DNA of 64,000 nt from an uncultured Acidobacteriota bacterium. Its GTDB lineage: Bacteria > Acidobacteriota > Terriglobia > Acidiferrales > UBA7541. The position numbers were made by a program, and so were the translations under genes. The first letter of the stretch is position 1, and each line of letters starts with the position of its first letter. Of this stretch, positions 1 through 9,053 are shown in pieces. The notes below the pieces were generated by a model. That model made no database searches. It saw nothing but the letters and a program-made list of their open reading frames with translations, and had not been told where the DNA came from. The DNA lies in contig CAVRKW010000009.1 in the NCBI GenBank assembly GCA_963721845.1, positions 232,458 through 296,457 on the forward strand. Direction: 5' to 3'.

Positions 1-1479
1 GTCGACCACGGCAAAACAAGTTTGCTCGACGCCATCCGCGAAACAGACGTCGCTGGCGGCGAATCCGGTGGAATCACGCAGCACATCGGCGCGTATCAAG
101 TTCACGTCGGCAAACGCCGCGTAGTATTCGTCGACACTCCGGGCCACGAAGCATTCACGCGCATGCGTGCTCGCGGCGCGAAAGTTACAGACATCGTCGT
201 CTTGGTCGTCGCCGCCGATGATGGTGTAATGCCCCAGACCGTCGAAGCCATCGACCACGCAAAAGCAGCCAGCGTTCCCGTCATCGTTGCAATCAACAAG
301 ATCGATGCGCCCGGCGCCGATACCGAACGCGTCAAGCGCCAGCTCTCCGACCGCGGTCTCATGCCCGAAGAATGGGGCGGCGACACCGTAATGGTCGAAG
401 TTTCTGCACGCCAAAAGAAAAATCTCGATAAGCTTCTCGAAATGATTTTGCTCGTTGCCGATCTGCGCGAGCTAAAGGCGAATCCCAAAGCGCCCGCCAG
501 CGGCACAGTTCTCGAATCTCGCGTGGATCGCGGCCGCGGCCCCGTCGCCACCGTGCTTGTACAAAACGGAACGCTCAATACCGGCGATGTTTTCGTCTGC
601 GGCGCTGTCTTCGGCAAAGTTCGCGCAATGTACGACGATAAAGGCGCGAGCATAAAAACCGCTGGCCCCGCAACTCCCGTAGAGGTTCTCGGCTTGCAGG
701 GAATCCCGGAAGCTGGCGATCAGTTCCAGGTAACCGACGAAGCCAAAGCTCATCACCTCGTCGACTATCGCAAATCCAAAATTCGCGAAGCTACTCTCGC
801 GCGTTCCGCCGGCGCTCGGCTCACTCTCGATCAATTGCACGAGCAGTTGCGCACCGGCGAAGCCAAGGAATTGCCCATCGTCATCAAGGCAGACGTGCAG
901 GGTTCCGTCGAAGTCCTCTCGGAAATGCTGCCGAAACTTTCCAATGACGAGGTTAAGCTCAAGATCATTCACGCCAGCGTCGGCGCCGTCACAGAAACAG
1001 ACGTTCTTCTCGCGTCCGCTTCCCAGGCCGTCGTCATCGCGTTCAACGTTCGCCCCGAGCGCAAAGCCGCCGAGCTCGCGCAGCAAGAGCACGTCGATAT
1101 CCGCACGCACTCCATCATCTACGAAGTCAGCGACGAAATTAAAAAGGCCATGCAGGGTCTCCTCGCGCCGGTTTACAAGGAAACGCATCTCGGCCGCGCC
1201 GAAGTTCGAAATTCTTTCAAGATCAAGGGCCTCGGCACCATCGCTGGTTGCTACGTTCTCGATGGCATCATGAAACGCAACGCCGAAGTTCGCGTCCTTC
1301 GCGATGGCGCTGTCGTCTACACCGGCCGCATCAATTCACTCCGCCGCTTCAAAGATGACGCCAGCGAAGTCCGCACCGGTTTCGAATGCGGCGTTGGCGT
1401 CTCGAATTTCAACGACGTAAGAGTCGGCGACATTCTCGAATGCTTCAACATGGAGCGCGTAATCATCGCCAGCGCTTAG
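1..1479 (+). CDS. infB: translation initiation factor IF-2, C-terminal ~490 aa (5' end lies outside the window)
   Basis: Frame 1 is open from base 1. GTPase motifs [15 protein letters not shown] and NKID are followed by IF-2 C-terminal domains. The conserved DUF503-rbfA-truB order lies downstream. Confidence 0.97.
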   Translation, partial: VDHGKTSLLDAIRETDVAGGESGGITQHIGAYQVHVGKRRVVFVDTPGHEAFTRMRARGAKVTDIVVLVVAADDGVMPQTVEAIDHAKAASVPVIVAINKIDAPGADTERVKRQLSDRGLMPEEWGGDTVMVEVSARQKKNLDKLLEMILLVADLRELKANPKAPASGTVLESRVDRGRGPVATVLVQNGTLNTGDVFVCGAVFGKVRAMYDDKGASIKTAGPATPVEVLGLQGIPEAGDQFQVTDEAKAHHLVDYRKSKIREATLARSAGARLTLDQLHEQLRTGEAKELPIVIKADVQGSVEVLSEMLPKLSNDEVKLKIIHASVGAVTETDVLLASASQAVVIAFNVRPERKAAELAQQEHVDIRTHSIIYEVSDEIKKAMQGLLAPVYKETHLGRAEVRNSFKIKGLGTIAGCYVLDGIMKRNAEVRVLRDGAVVYTGRINSLRRFKDDASEVRTGFECGVGVSNFNDVRVGDILECFNMERVIIASA

Positions 1480-1519
1480 TAGCGCAGCCATTCGTGGCTG
1501 CGGCTTTTCCAATTGCCCC

Positions 1520-1801
1520 ATGCCAGTAGGTCTGCTAACTCTCGACATCCGCATCCCAGACGCTCACTCACTCAAAGACAAGCGCCAGGTTCTCCGCAGC
1601 CTCAAAGATCGCCTCCGCCATCGCTTCAACGTAGCCGTCGCCGAACTCGAGCACCACGATAATTGGCAAGCCGCCGTAATCGGCATCGTCACCCTCGCCG
1701 ATCAACCCGGCTTCGTCGAGCAATCTCTCCGCAACGTCCTCGAAGATTGCGAACAGCAACTCGGCCGCTATCTCGCCGATCACCAAATCGAATTACTCTA
1801 A
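1520..1801 (+). CDS. DUF503 (YlxP-like) protein
   Basis: 93-aa ORF. The pattern LTLDIRIPDAHSLKDKRQV...VAELEHHD fits the DUF503 family, which typically sits between infB and rbfA. Confidence 0.85.
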   Translation: MPVGLLTLDIRIPDAHSLKDKRQVLRSLKDRLRHRFNVAVAELEHHDNWQAAVIGIVTLADQPGFVEQSLRNVLEDCEQQLGRYLADHQIELL

Positions 1802-1880
1802 TTCCAAATATCTCCATCCATCGCTTGCCTCAACTCATCCAGACTGCAATAATTTCCTCCAGTCCTCGGGAAGCGAACAC

Positions 1881-2330
1881 ATGCCACTCACCGGTCACCG
1901 TCACGAACGCATCGCCGAAGAAATTCAGCACGAAGTCATCGCTATGCTCGAAGGCGAACTCAGCGACCCGCGCCTCGAAGCAAATGTCATGGTCACCGAA
2001 GTTCGCGTCTCGCCTGATATGAAGCAGGCCCGCGTCTACGTCACCGTCGAGGGAACTCCCGCGGAGCGCGACGACGCTCTCGAAGCCCTCAAGAAAGCTG
2101 CGGGCTTCGTCCGCCATGAACTCGTCGAACGCATCCAAATGCGCCGCAGCCCCGAAATTATTTTTCTCTTCGACGATTCCGTCGATCGCGCCCGCCGCAT
2201 CGAGGAGCTTCTCCGCGAAGCGCGCGTCCCGGAAAATTCGCCGCAATCCGCAGCAACACCTGCGCCGCCCGATTCAAATCCCGGCGCGCTTCCAGATTCG
2301 AGTTCCGGTTCCAGCAACGAGAAATCCTAG
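1881..2330 (+). CDS. rbfA: ribosome-binding factor A
   Basis: RIAEEIQHEV...VTEVRVSPDMKQARVYV core. Position matches the infB-rbfA-truB order. Pro/Ser-rich C-terminal tail. Confidence 0.93.
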   Translation: MPLTGHRHERIAEEIQHEVIAMLEGELSDPRLEANVMVTEVRVSPDMKQARVYVTVEGTPAERDDALEALKKAAGFVRHELVERIQMRRSPEIIFLFDDSVDRARRIEELLREARVPENSPQSAATPAPPDSNPGALPDSSSGSSNEKS

Positions 2331-2333
2331 CGA

Positions 2334-3308
2334 ATGCCGCGACAGCAGCAGCCCCCCGCCTTCGATGGCGCGCTCGTAATCGATAAACCCGCCGGAAAAA
2401 CTTCGCACGATGTTGTCGACGCCGTCCGCCGCATCGTCGGCTTCCGCCAGGTCGGCCATCTCGGCACTCTCGATCCTCTCGCCACCGGAGTGCTCGTCCT
2501 TCTTCTCGGCCGTGCCACGCGCCTCGCGCAATTTTATTCCGGCCGCCGCAAACGATATCGCGCCGCATTCCGTTTCGGCTTTGCCACCGATACGTACGAT
2601 TCCGATGGAGCTCCCGCAACCGAAGACACTTCTCCGAATCTCGATCGCGCTGAAATCGAAAAGCTCGCCGCGGAATTTACCGGCAAGCTCCAGCAGATGC
2701 CGCCGCAATTTTCCGCCAAAAAAGTTCAGGGAAAACCGGCTTACGAACTCGCGCGCATAAAAAAGCCCGTCGAATTAAAGCCGGTCGAAATTGAAGTCTA
2801 CGAATTTCGCGTCGAAGAAATCTCAGGCTCCATCGCGCGTGTCGCCATCGAATGTTCCGCCGGAACCTACATCCGTTCGCTCGCATTCGAAATGGGCCAG
2901 CGCCTCGGTTGCGGCGCGCATCTCGCCGAAATCGTTCGCACCGCCGTCGGCGAATTCACTCTCGATCAAGCCGTGAAAGTGGAAGATCTCACCGCCGCCG
3001 CGCGCGAAGGCCGCATCGCCGAATGGGTGATTCCGCTCGAGCGCATGCTCCCCGAACTTCCGCGCGTCACCGTTCTTCCCGTCGTCGAGCGTTCCGTGCG
3101 CCACGGCGCAAAATTTGATATTCAAATCGCCCATGTCCAGCCGGGCCGCACAGACGCCGCTCAGGGAGCCACCGCCGAACTCGATGGCGGCGAATGGAAA
3201 CCTCTCCGCCTTCGCGTCTTCGGCGCGCAAGATCGCCTAATCGCCATAGCCGAAGCCATCGTCCCCCGCACCTACAAACCGGTAGTAGTCCTGGCCGCCG
3301 AACCATAA
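2334..3308 (+). CDS. truB: tRNA pseudouridine(55) synthase
   Basis: VIDKPAGKTSHDVV and HLGTLDPLATGVLVLLLG (catalytic Asp context). Starts directly after rbfA. Confidence 0.95.
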   Translation: MPRQQQPPAFDGALVIDKPAGKTSHDVVDAVRRIVGFRQVGHLGTLDPLATGVLVLLLGRATRLAQFYSGRRKRYRAAFRFGFATDTYDSDGAPATEDTSPNLDRAEIEKLAAEFTGKLQQMPPQFSAKKVQGKPAYELARIKKPVELKPVEIEVYEFRVEEISGSIARVAIECSAGTYIRSLAFEMGQRLGCGAHLAEIVRTAVGEFTLDQAVKVEDLTAAAREGRIAEWVIPLERMLPELPRVTVLPVVERSVRHGAKFDIQIAHVQPGRTDAAQGATAELDGGEWKPLRLRVFGAQDRLIAIAEAIVPRTYKPVVVLAAEP

Positions 3309-3453
3309 TCCCCGTTCGGCTCGTATATGTTTCGTAGGGGCGTGGGCTCCACCGCGGAGCGCGGAGTCCCCGCCCAGCATTACAGAATCTTTTGCCGTTG
3401 CCTTTTCGCCTATCGGTTTTGTATCAATCATTTGCTCGCACCTGGAGGCTCCC

Positions 3454-4281
3454 ATGTTCCGAAATAATTCATGGCTGCGAATCCGCATCGCAAAATTTCC
3501 CGGCACCGCAATTATCCTGGCACTCGCGTCGGTGCTTTGCGTCGCCGCCGCCTTCGCATCTCCCCAATCCACCGAAAAACTTCCCACCGTTCAGGAAGTC
3601 CTCGATCGCTACGTCGCCGTCACCGGCGGCCGCGATGCATTGCTCCGCTACAAATCCATGACCATCCACGGCCACGGCACCGATCCCGCGAAAAATACAC
3701 GGGTCGACGCGGTCAGCTACACCAAAGCCGGCAAGATGCTCCAGAAAGCGGTGCTTCCTGGCGGCAAGGAAGCTCTCTCCGGATACGACGGCGTCACCGC
3801 GTGGGACATCGATCCCAGCGGCAAAGTCACCATCGCCGAAGGCGACGTGATCAAAACAGTCGCGCGCGACGCCGACATGTATTACCACCTCCACGTAATG
3901 AATTATTTTCAATCGATGGAAGTCATCGATGTAAAAGAATTCAACGGCCGCGCCTGCTATCACCTCAAAGGAGTAAACAACTGGGGCAAACCCAACGAAC
4001 AATTCTACGACAAGGAAAATGGCCTGCTCGTCGGCTACGCATTCAACACCGCTTGGCGCGGCGGCAATGGCGACGCCACCGCCATCTTCGAAGACTACAA
4101 AGATTTTGGCGGCGTAAAAATGGCGGTAAAAAACACCTCGCGCGACGGCAACGACGTCTCCATCTTCACCATCGATTCCGTAACCTACGATGACGTACCC
4201 GATTCCGTCTTCGCCCTCCCGCCAGCCGTCCAAAAAGCCAAATCCGCCAAATCCGCCCCCACACCCGCCGCACCCCAATAG
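3454..4281 (+). CDS. secreted hypothetical protein (weak resemblance to LolA-like / outer-membrane lipoprotein-sorting fold proteins)
   Basis: GGAGG lies upstream of the ATG. N-terminal signal peptide (...ALASVLCVAAAFASPQ). No catalytic motif recognised. Confidence 0.6.
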   Translation: MFRNNSWLRIRIAKFPGTAIILALASVLCVAAAFASPQSTEKLPTVQEVLDRYVAVTGGRDALLRYKSMTIHGHGTDPAKNTRVDAVSYTKAGKMLQKAVLPGGKEALSGYDGVTAWDIDPSGKVTIAEGDVIKTVARDADMYYHLHVMNYFQSMEVIDVKEFNGRACYHLKGVNNWGKPNEQFYDKENGLLVGYAFNTAWRGGNGDATAIFEDYKDFGGVKMAVKNTSRDGNDVSIFTIDSVTYDDVPDSVFALPPAVQKAKSAKSAPTPAAPQ

Positions 4282-4716
4282 CTCCAGAGGGGTGCCGCGT
4301 CCTTGCCAGCCCGCCTGGCAAGGGTGCGGGTGTTGACTTCGCATTCCGCCATCGCCTTTGCGTTTCGCAATCGCCCCGCGTGTCATCCCGAATCCGCTTC
4401 AGCGGTGAGGGTGCCCCATGTTCGTCCCCGATGTTCGGGCGAACGTGGGGCATTTGAATTCCCTGAACCGTCGCCGCGCGCCGAACCGTAGGGGCACGGC
4501 TTGCCGCGCCCAGGCTTCGCTTTTTTTCCGTCATCCTGAGAGCGAACCGATCAGGTTCGCCGAAGGTTTTCGGTTTCGAAGTCCACCACGATCTCTCACA
4601 TCCAAAACCCCAATTGCCGTGCACGAAGAAGTGGCACAGCCTCTCCAGGCTGTGGGGGTGCCCCATGTTCGTCCCCGACGTTCGGGCGAACGTGGGGCAT
4701 TTGAATCCCTTAAACC

Positions 4717-5018
4717 GTCGCCGCGAACAAATCACCAATCAACCGGCATGACGCGGTCACGCCAATCCCAATTTTTTCTGGCGCTGGATTACCCAGCCCG
4801 TGCGCGAGCTGGGCTAATGTTTGGCAACAGGCCCCACAGGCCCGACAAATCGAGGTAAACACAAACTAGAAATGCGCCCGCCGCGTGCCCCATGTTCGTC
4901 CCACTCTCCTCGGGCGAACGTGGGACTCTTCAATCCGGGAGCGCCAATCTCCCGATTGGCATCCTTGACCCCGCCGGCAAATTTCCGGACCGCCGAAAGC
5001 GTCCGCGCCGTCTGCACT
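4717..5018 (+). repeat. ~300-bp direct repeat, copy 1
   Basis: Near-identical to 5360..5661 with a constant offset of 643 nt at three checked anchors: ccgcgaacaa (4721/5364), acaaactaga (4861/5504), gtctgcactc (5009/5652). Confidence 0.9.
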
Positions 5019-5359
5019 CCGATGTCTCAAATCGAGACTGCCAGCGAACCGTCGCCATCCCGTCATCCTGAGAGCTATCCGATCAGGATAGCCGAAGGAT
5101 CGCCGTTGAATACCCCGGGGTGCCGCACCCTTTGACCGCTAAGGGTGCGGGTGTTGACTTTCATGTTGTCACCCGCCGCGTGCCCCATGTTCGTCCCCGA
5201 CGTTCGGGCGAACGTGGGGCATTTGAATTCTTCGTCTTTTCCATCCGCGGCCGGTACGGCCGCCACCAAACTTCAGCCCAGGCGTTCACGCATGGGAACC
5301 TGATCCCCTCGACAATTTTTTCCGGAGCGCCGTAGGTGCGTCACCAAACTGCACACCGA

Positions 5360-5661
5360 TCCGCCGCGAACAAATCATCAATCAACCGGCATGACGCGGT
5401 CACGCCAATCCCAATTTTTTCTGGCGCTGGATTACCCAGCCCGTGCGCGGGCTGGGCTAATGTTTGGCATCAGGCCCTACAGGCCCGACAAATCGAGGTA
5501 AACACAAACTAGAAATGCGCCCGCCGGGTGCCCCATGTTCGTCCCCGACGTTAGGGCGAACGTGGGACTCTTCAACCCGGGAGCGCCAATCTCCCGATTG
5601 GCCTCCTTGACCTCGCCGGCAAATTTCCGGAGCGCCGAAAGCGTCCGCGCCGTCTGCACTC
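5360..5661 (+). repeat. ~300-bp direct repeat, copy 2
   Basis: See copy 1. A few substitutions are present, and the internal R1 hairpin differs in loop and stem. Confidence 0.9.
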
Positions 5662-5721
5662 GGATTCCTTGTATCGGAGCCAAATTAAATGTGAGCCCAC
5701 ACTGTAAACCGTGGGAAACCT

Positions 5722-7127
5722 ATGGATCAGTTCGAGGATATCGGGATCGATGCATCACATGTCGCCGAGAGGGCTAAAACGGATGACGGGATTGCAGAAT
5801 TCTGCCGATTCTATACTGAAAGATTAGGACAAGAGCTTCAAGCTGCGGGGGGTGACGCACGGAAACGAAAGAAGCTAGAGGATGATTTCACACCCAGGCT
5901 CGAAATATCTTTGGTCGGTCTCGATGGAAGCGTCCAGCGCAAAGTTACATCACAGGTCACATACGGCGTAGGGTCCGCCGCCGAGTACAAGAGTTTAATT
6001 ACTTTTATCCCCTCGACCCAGGTAATCGTTGAGGTTCCTGAACTACAGAAGAATTCTCAAACCGAGGCGATGTTTCCGAGCGATTGTTTAGGGAAATGTG
6101 AGATTAGTGCAAACACAGTTTTTAGACATCAGCTGATGAAGTCGGCGATTAGCGAGAGAACTGCCCTCCCCGAATACACCGTTGTTTGTTCCTTGACAGG
6201 CAAGCGAGTCCTTCGAGACGAAGTAGAACTTTCCTCGGTCACGGGACAATTGGTGATTAGTTCTGAACTGAAAACATCGGCGGCGAGCGGAAAGCGAGCA
6301 GAGCCCCGCCATTTTCGTCACTGCGAATTCACCGGGGTCGAGGTGCTGGACAATGAATGCGCCCGGAGTCAGGTCTCGGGCAAAGCATATCGATTGGATG
6401 AAGAGAATCGTTCGGCGATCTCTGGGAAAACGGGTCACCAACAGGAATTCATAAAATGCGCTGTGACGGAACAATGGTTAACACTAAGTGAGGCTGAAAA
6501 GTGCGAACTGACCGGCAAGCTCGTAATGCCAGGGGTGCTGGAACAATGTGCGGTGACTGGGAAGAGAGTGCTGCCGTCTGAATTGGAGAGATCGGTCGCG
6601 AGTGGGAAAGTTGCTCTTAAGAAGCTATTTGTATCGAGCAACATTTCTGGTGCGCGGATCCTTGAAGGTGAAGCAGTCAGGTCGTTAACGGGAACGTGCT
6701 GCACGCCAGATGAAGCAAAGATGTGCCTTTGGAGCGGGACACCCTGTCATCCCGAGGATTTGAGACGATGCGAAATTACCGGCTTGCAGATCCACCGCAA
6801 GTACTCGTTCGTTACGAATGGACAGACTCGTTTTGAGCCAATAATCAATCTCCTGAACGGAGGACGCAGAAAAAACGATAAAGCAGAATTGTGGTCGATT
6901 ATTATAGAGATGACCGCCGATGCTCTTGGTAGGCACACCAAAGTCGAAGCGGCAGAGTTTTCCCTGACGAAAAAAGTATCGCCATTTCAATGGAGGTTAA
7001 GGATTGGCTCGGTCTCAAGACTCGTCAGGCAGGCTTTGTTTTTTCGATTCAGGACCGCAGTATCGTCGGCCACATCGTAACTGGAAAACGGGATCGGGTA
7101 TTGTGGAAATTTGAAAAGACCTTATAA
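5722..7127 (+). pseudogene. hypothetical repeat protein (~468 aa if a -1 frameshift near 6960 is repaired) in a lower-GC island
   Basis: ORF 5722..7080 carries about 14-16 degenerate ~15-aa repeats, such as CSLTGKRVLRDEVEL, CELTGKLVMPGVLEQ and CAVTGKRVLPSELER. After AEFS the listed frame gives implausible sequence, while frame 3 reads PDEKSIAISMEVKDWLGLKTRQAGFVFSIQDRSIVGHIVTGKRDRVLWKFEKTL to a stop at 7125..7127. The junction is a tttt/ccc run. No family recognised. Confidence 0.6.
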
Positions 7128-7342
7128 GGACACGGGGAATTTTGTGAGCGTCCGAAGCGCCCAATTCCGCGAGATTGAGGATCTCCGCCAAAAGTAGTTG
7201 AGGCGGGTGGCAGGCCCTTTATTTGAGATTTTGCAGTTGGTTTTCCGGATGCGACTTGTGCAGCCGGGAGTAGGGGCGGTGCGGCTCTTTCCGGCTCCCT
7301 GTGTTTTTCTTTGACGCTGACGCTACTGTCGAGAAATAGTTC

Positions 7343-7371
7343 TTGACTATAGTTACCTTTTCAGCTATAAT
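7343..7371 (+). promoter_or_regulatory. near-consensus sigma70-type promoter (TTGACT - 17 nt - TATAAT)
   Basis: ttgact at 7343-7348, a 17-nt spacer, and tataat at 7366-7371, in an AT-rich intergenic region. The nearest downstream + strand CDS starts at 7817. Confidence 0.5.
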
Positions 7372-7607
7372 GCGGCTCTAGTTTTTAGTCACGATCCCCG
7401 TGCCAACCCCGTAGCCGGACGCAAGCACCTCGATTCCGTCCCAAATCGGGAAAAGGCGATATCACTCGACGTCGAAACAAACTCAAATGGTACAAACGCG
7501 CACAAAACGTGTCCCGGATTCCCGCAACCCCTTTAGAATCCGCACTTACCAAAAAACAGGGGGAGGGTGGGGGTGTCGCCGATTTCAAATTACGGACACC
7601 GCCGACC

Positions 7608-7800
7608 TAGTTTTGGTACTACCCCAAAATCGACGCAAAAAAGAGCCCCAAAATGACCTAAAGTCTTTTGGAATGAACAACTTTTTAGTAATAGTACTAG
7701 ATAACGCTATTAGAATCATCACTTTACAAAAACAATGGTATGGGGGTATCCCCGTTCACAAGCACGTCAACTCTATTGTTTTCAATGAGTTATAATTTTC
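7608..7800 (+). repeat. dispersed AT-rich element, copy A (5' of CDS 7817)
   Basis: The core ggaatgaacaactttttagtaatagtactagataacgctattagaatcatcactttacaaaaaca is shared with 28880..29050 (+) and, more divergently, with 56041..56160 (-). Confidence 0.8.
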
Positions 7801-7816
7801 GAGGGCGAATTTAGAC

Positions 7817-9016
7817 GTGTCTGGGCACACTAAAACGAACTTAAACAACGCTAATTTCCTGATCCGGCCACCGCGCGAGGAGCGCTTCCGCGCCTCCGCT
7901 GCAGACTCGGGATTGGCGTTCTTGACGCTCGACGAGATGGCGAAGGCGGGGCGTTTCTTCCGTGCGCTTCCTGGTCACTCGCCGACGCCACTGGTGCGGC
8001 TGACGGAACTGGCTCGACAACTTGGTGTCGCTGAAATCTGCGTCAAGGATGAATCGACGCGGCTGGGACTGAACTCGTTCAAGGCGCTCGGCGTTTCGTA
8101 CGCGATCGCGCGGCTGCTTGAGGAAGGATCGATTCGTCCGGAGAATGCGCGCGGCAGCGCGCACACTTTGGTTTGCGCGAGCGCGGGAAATCATGGACGC
8201 GCGGTGGCGCACTTCGCCCGCGCGAACGGTTTTGTTGCGCGAGTCTACGTGAGCGAATCAGTTTCGGAAGCCGCGCGGTGTCGAATCGAGAATGAAGGCG
8301 CGGAAGTAATTGTTGTGAGCGGCGACTACGACGCATCCGTCGCGACGGCGGTGCGAGCGGCGGAAGAAAATGGATGGACGCTGGTAAGCGATCACGCGTG
8401 GCCGGGCTACGAAAAAATTCCGCGGTACATCATGGCCGGCTACACGATGCTGTTCGAAGAAGCAGCGCAACAATTTTCTTCCTCCGCGCCCACGCACTCG
8501 TCCGCTCTTCCAAGTCCGAACGTGCGCGAAGAAATTTTGCCGACGGTTGTAATCGTTCAAACGGGAGTCGGTGGTTTGCTCGGCGCAGCGATCAGTTGGT
8601 TTGTGCGCCACGGCGGAGAAAAACGTCCCGCGATTATCGCTGCCGAACCAATCGCCGCAGCGTGTATGCAGGAATCGCTGCGCGCTGGCCGCGAAATAAA
8701 TATCGAAACATCGCCGACGATCATGACCGGCCTGAAATGCGGGACTGTATCCAGCATCGTGTGGCCGATGGCGCAGAGCGCCGTCGAAGCGTGCATCGCA
8801 ATCAGCGATGACTACGCGACGCGCGCAGTAGAAACGCTCGCGCATCCCAGCGGAAGTGATGCAGCTATTTTCGCCGGACCCTCCGGCGCGTGTGGAATAG
8901 CCGCGCTAGTCGCGGCGATGCGCGAAAAGAATATGCAGCCGCTGCGAGAAAAATACTTTGGTCCAACGGCGCGAGTGCTTTTGATTAATTCAGAAGGACC
9001 GGTGCGAGAAAAATAA
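7817..9016 (+). CDS. PLP-dependent fold-type II enzyme, diaminopropionate ammonia-lyase-like
   Basis: PLP-lysine context NSFKALGVSYA, SAGNHGRAVA, and ~400 aa length. GTG start. Assignment within the threonine-dehydratase-like superfamily is by resemblance only. Confidence 0.75.
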   Translation: MSGHTKTNLNNANFLIRPPREERFRASAADSGLAFLTLDEMAKAGRFFRALPGHSPTPLVRLTELARQLGVAEICVKDESTRLGLNSFKALGVSYAIARLLEEGSIRPENARGSAHTLVCASAGNHGRAVAHFARANGFVARVYVSESVSEAARCRIENEGAEVIVVSGDYDASVATAVRAAEENGWTLVSDHAWPGYEKIPRYIMAGYTMLFEEAAQQFSSSAPTHSSALPSPNVREEILPTVVIVQTGVGGLLGAAISWFVRHGGEKRPAIIAAEPIAAACMQESLRAGREINIETSPTIMTGLKCGTVSSIVWPMAQSAVEACIAISDDYATRAVETLAHPSGSDAAIFAGPSGACGIAALVAAMREKNMQPLREKYFGPTARVLLINSEGPVREK

Positions 9017-9053
9017 AGTCGGAAAATAAATTTGCCGAAGCCCGGTGATTCGA

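Larger units (their letters stand above)
4285..5700 (+). repeat. 1.4-kb array of REP/BIME-like structured repeat modules (several hairpin families, all in + orientation)
   Basis: Family R1 (gtgccccatgttcgtcccc..ttcgggcgaacgtgggg) occurs at about 4409, 4656, 4885, 5179 and 5527. Family R2 (cgtcatcctgagag-hairpin-ccgaagg) occurs at about 4527 and 5059. Family R3 (..aagggtgcgggtgttgactt) occurs at about 4300 and 5120. Family R4 (ccgggagcgccaatctcccgattggc) occurs at about 4926 and 5578. ORFs on both strands here only translate the repeats. Confidence 0.9.

Noticed and set aside
4409-5580. The repeated ~50-nt hairpin units might be a CRISPR array.
   Set aside because: Spacing between units is irregular, at roughly 230-350 nt. 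The intervening 'spacers' are themselves repeated (643-nt period) and made of other repeat families. The units are imperfect palindromes of REP type, and no cas genes are present.
4166-5777. Multiple 60-190-aa ORFs on both strands within the repeat array (e.g. 4166..4738 -, 4418..4858 +, 4821..5135 +).
   Set aside because: They translate the hairpin repeats (recurring PHVRPRRSGERGAFE / GAPISRLA peptides). They overlap each other on both strands and have no start context.
7672-7794. A small ORF (MNNFLVIVLDNAIRIITLQKQ...) encoded by the dispersed AT-rich element, also present in copy B.
   Set aside because: Differences between copies A and B are mostly non-synonymous. The frames diverge after ~22 codons, and copy C lacks the ATG. 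Conservation looks nucleotide-level rather than protein-level.
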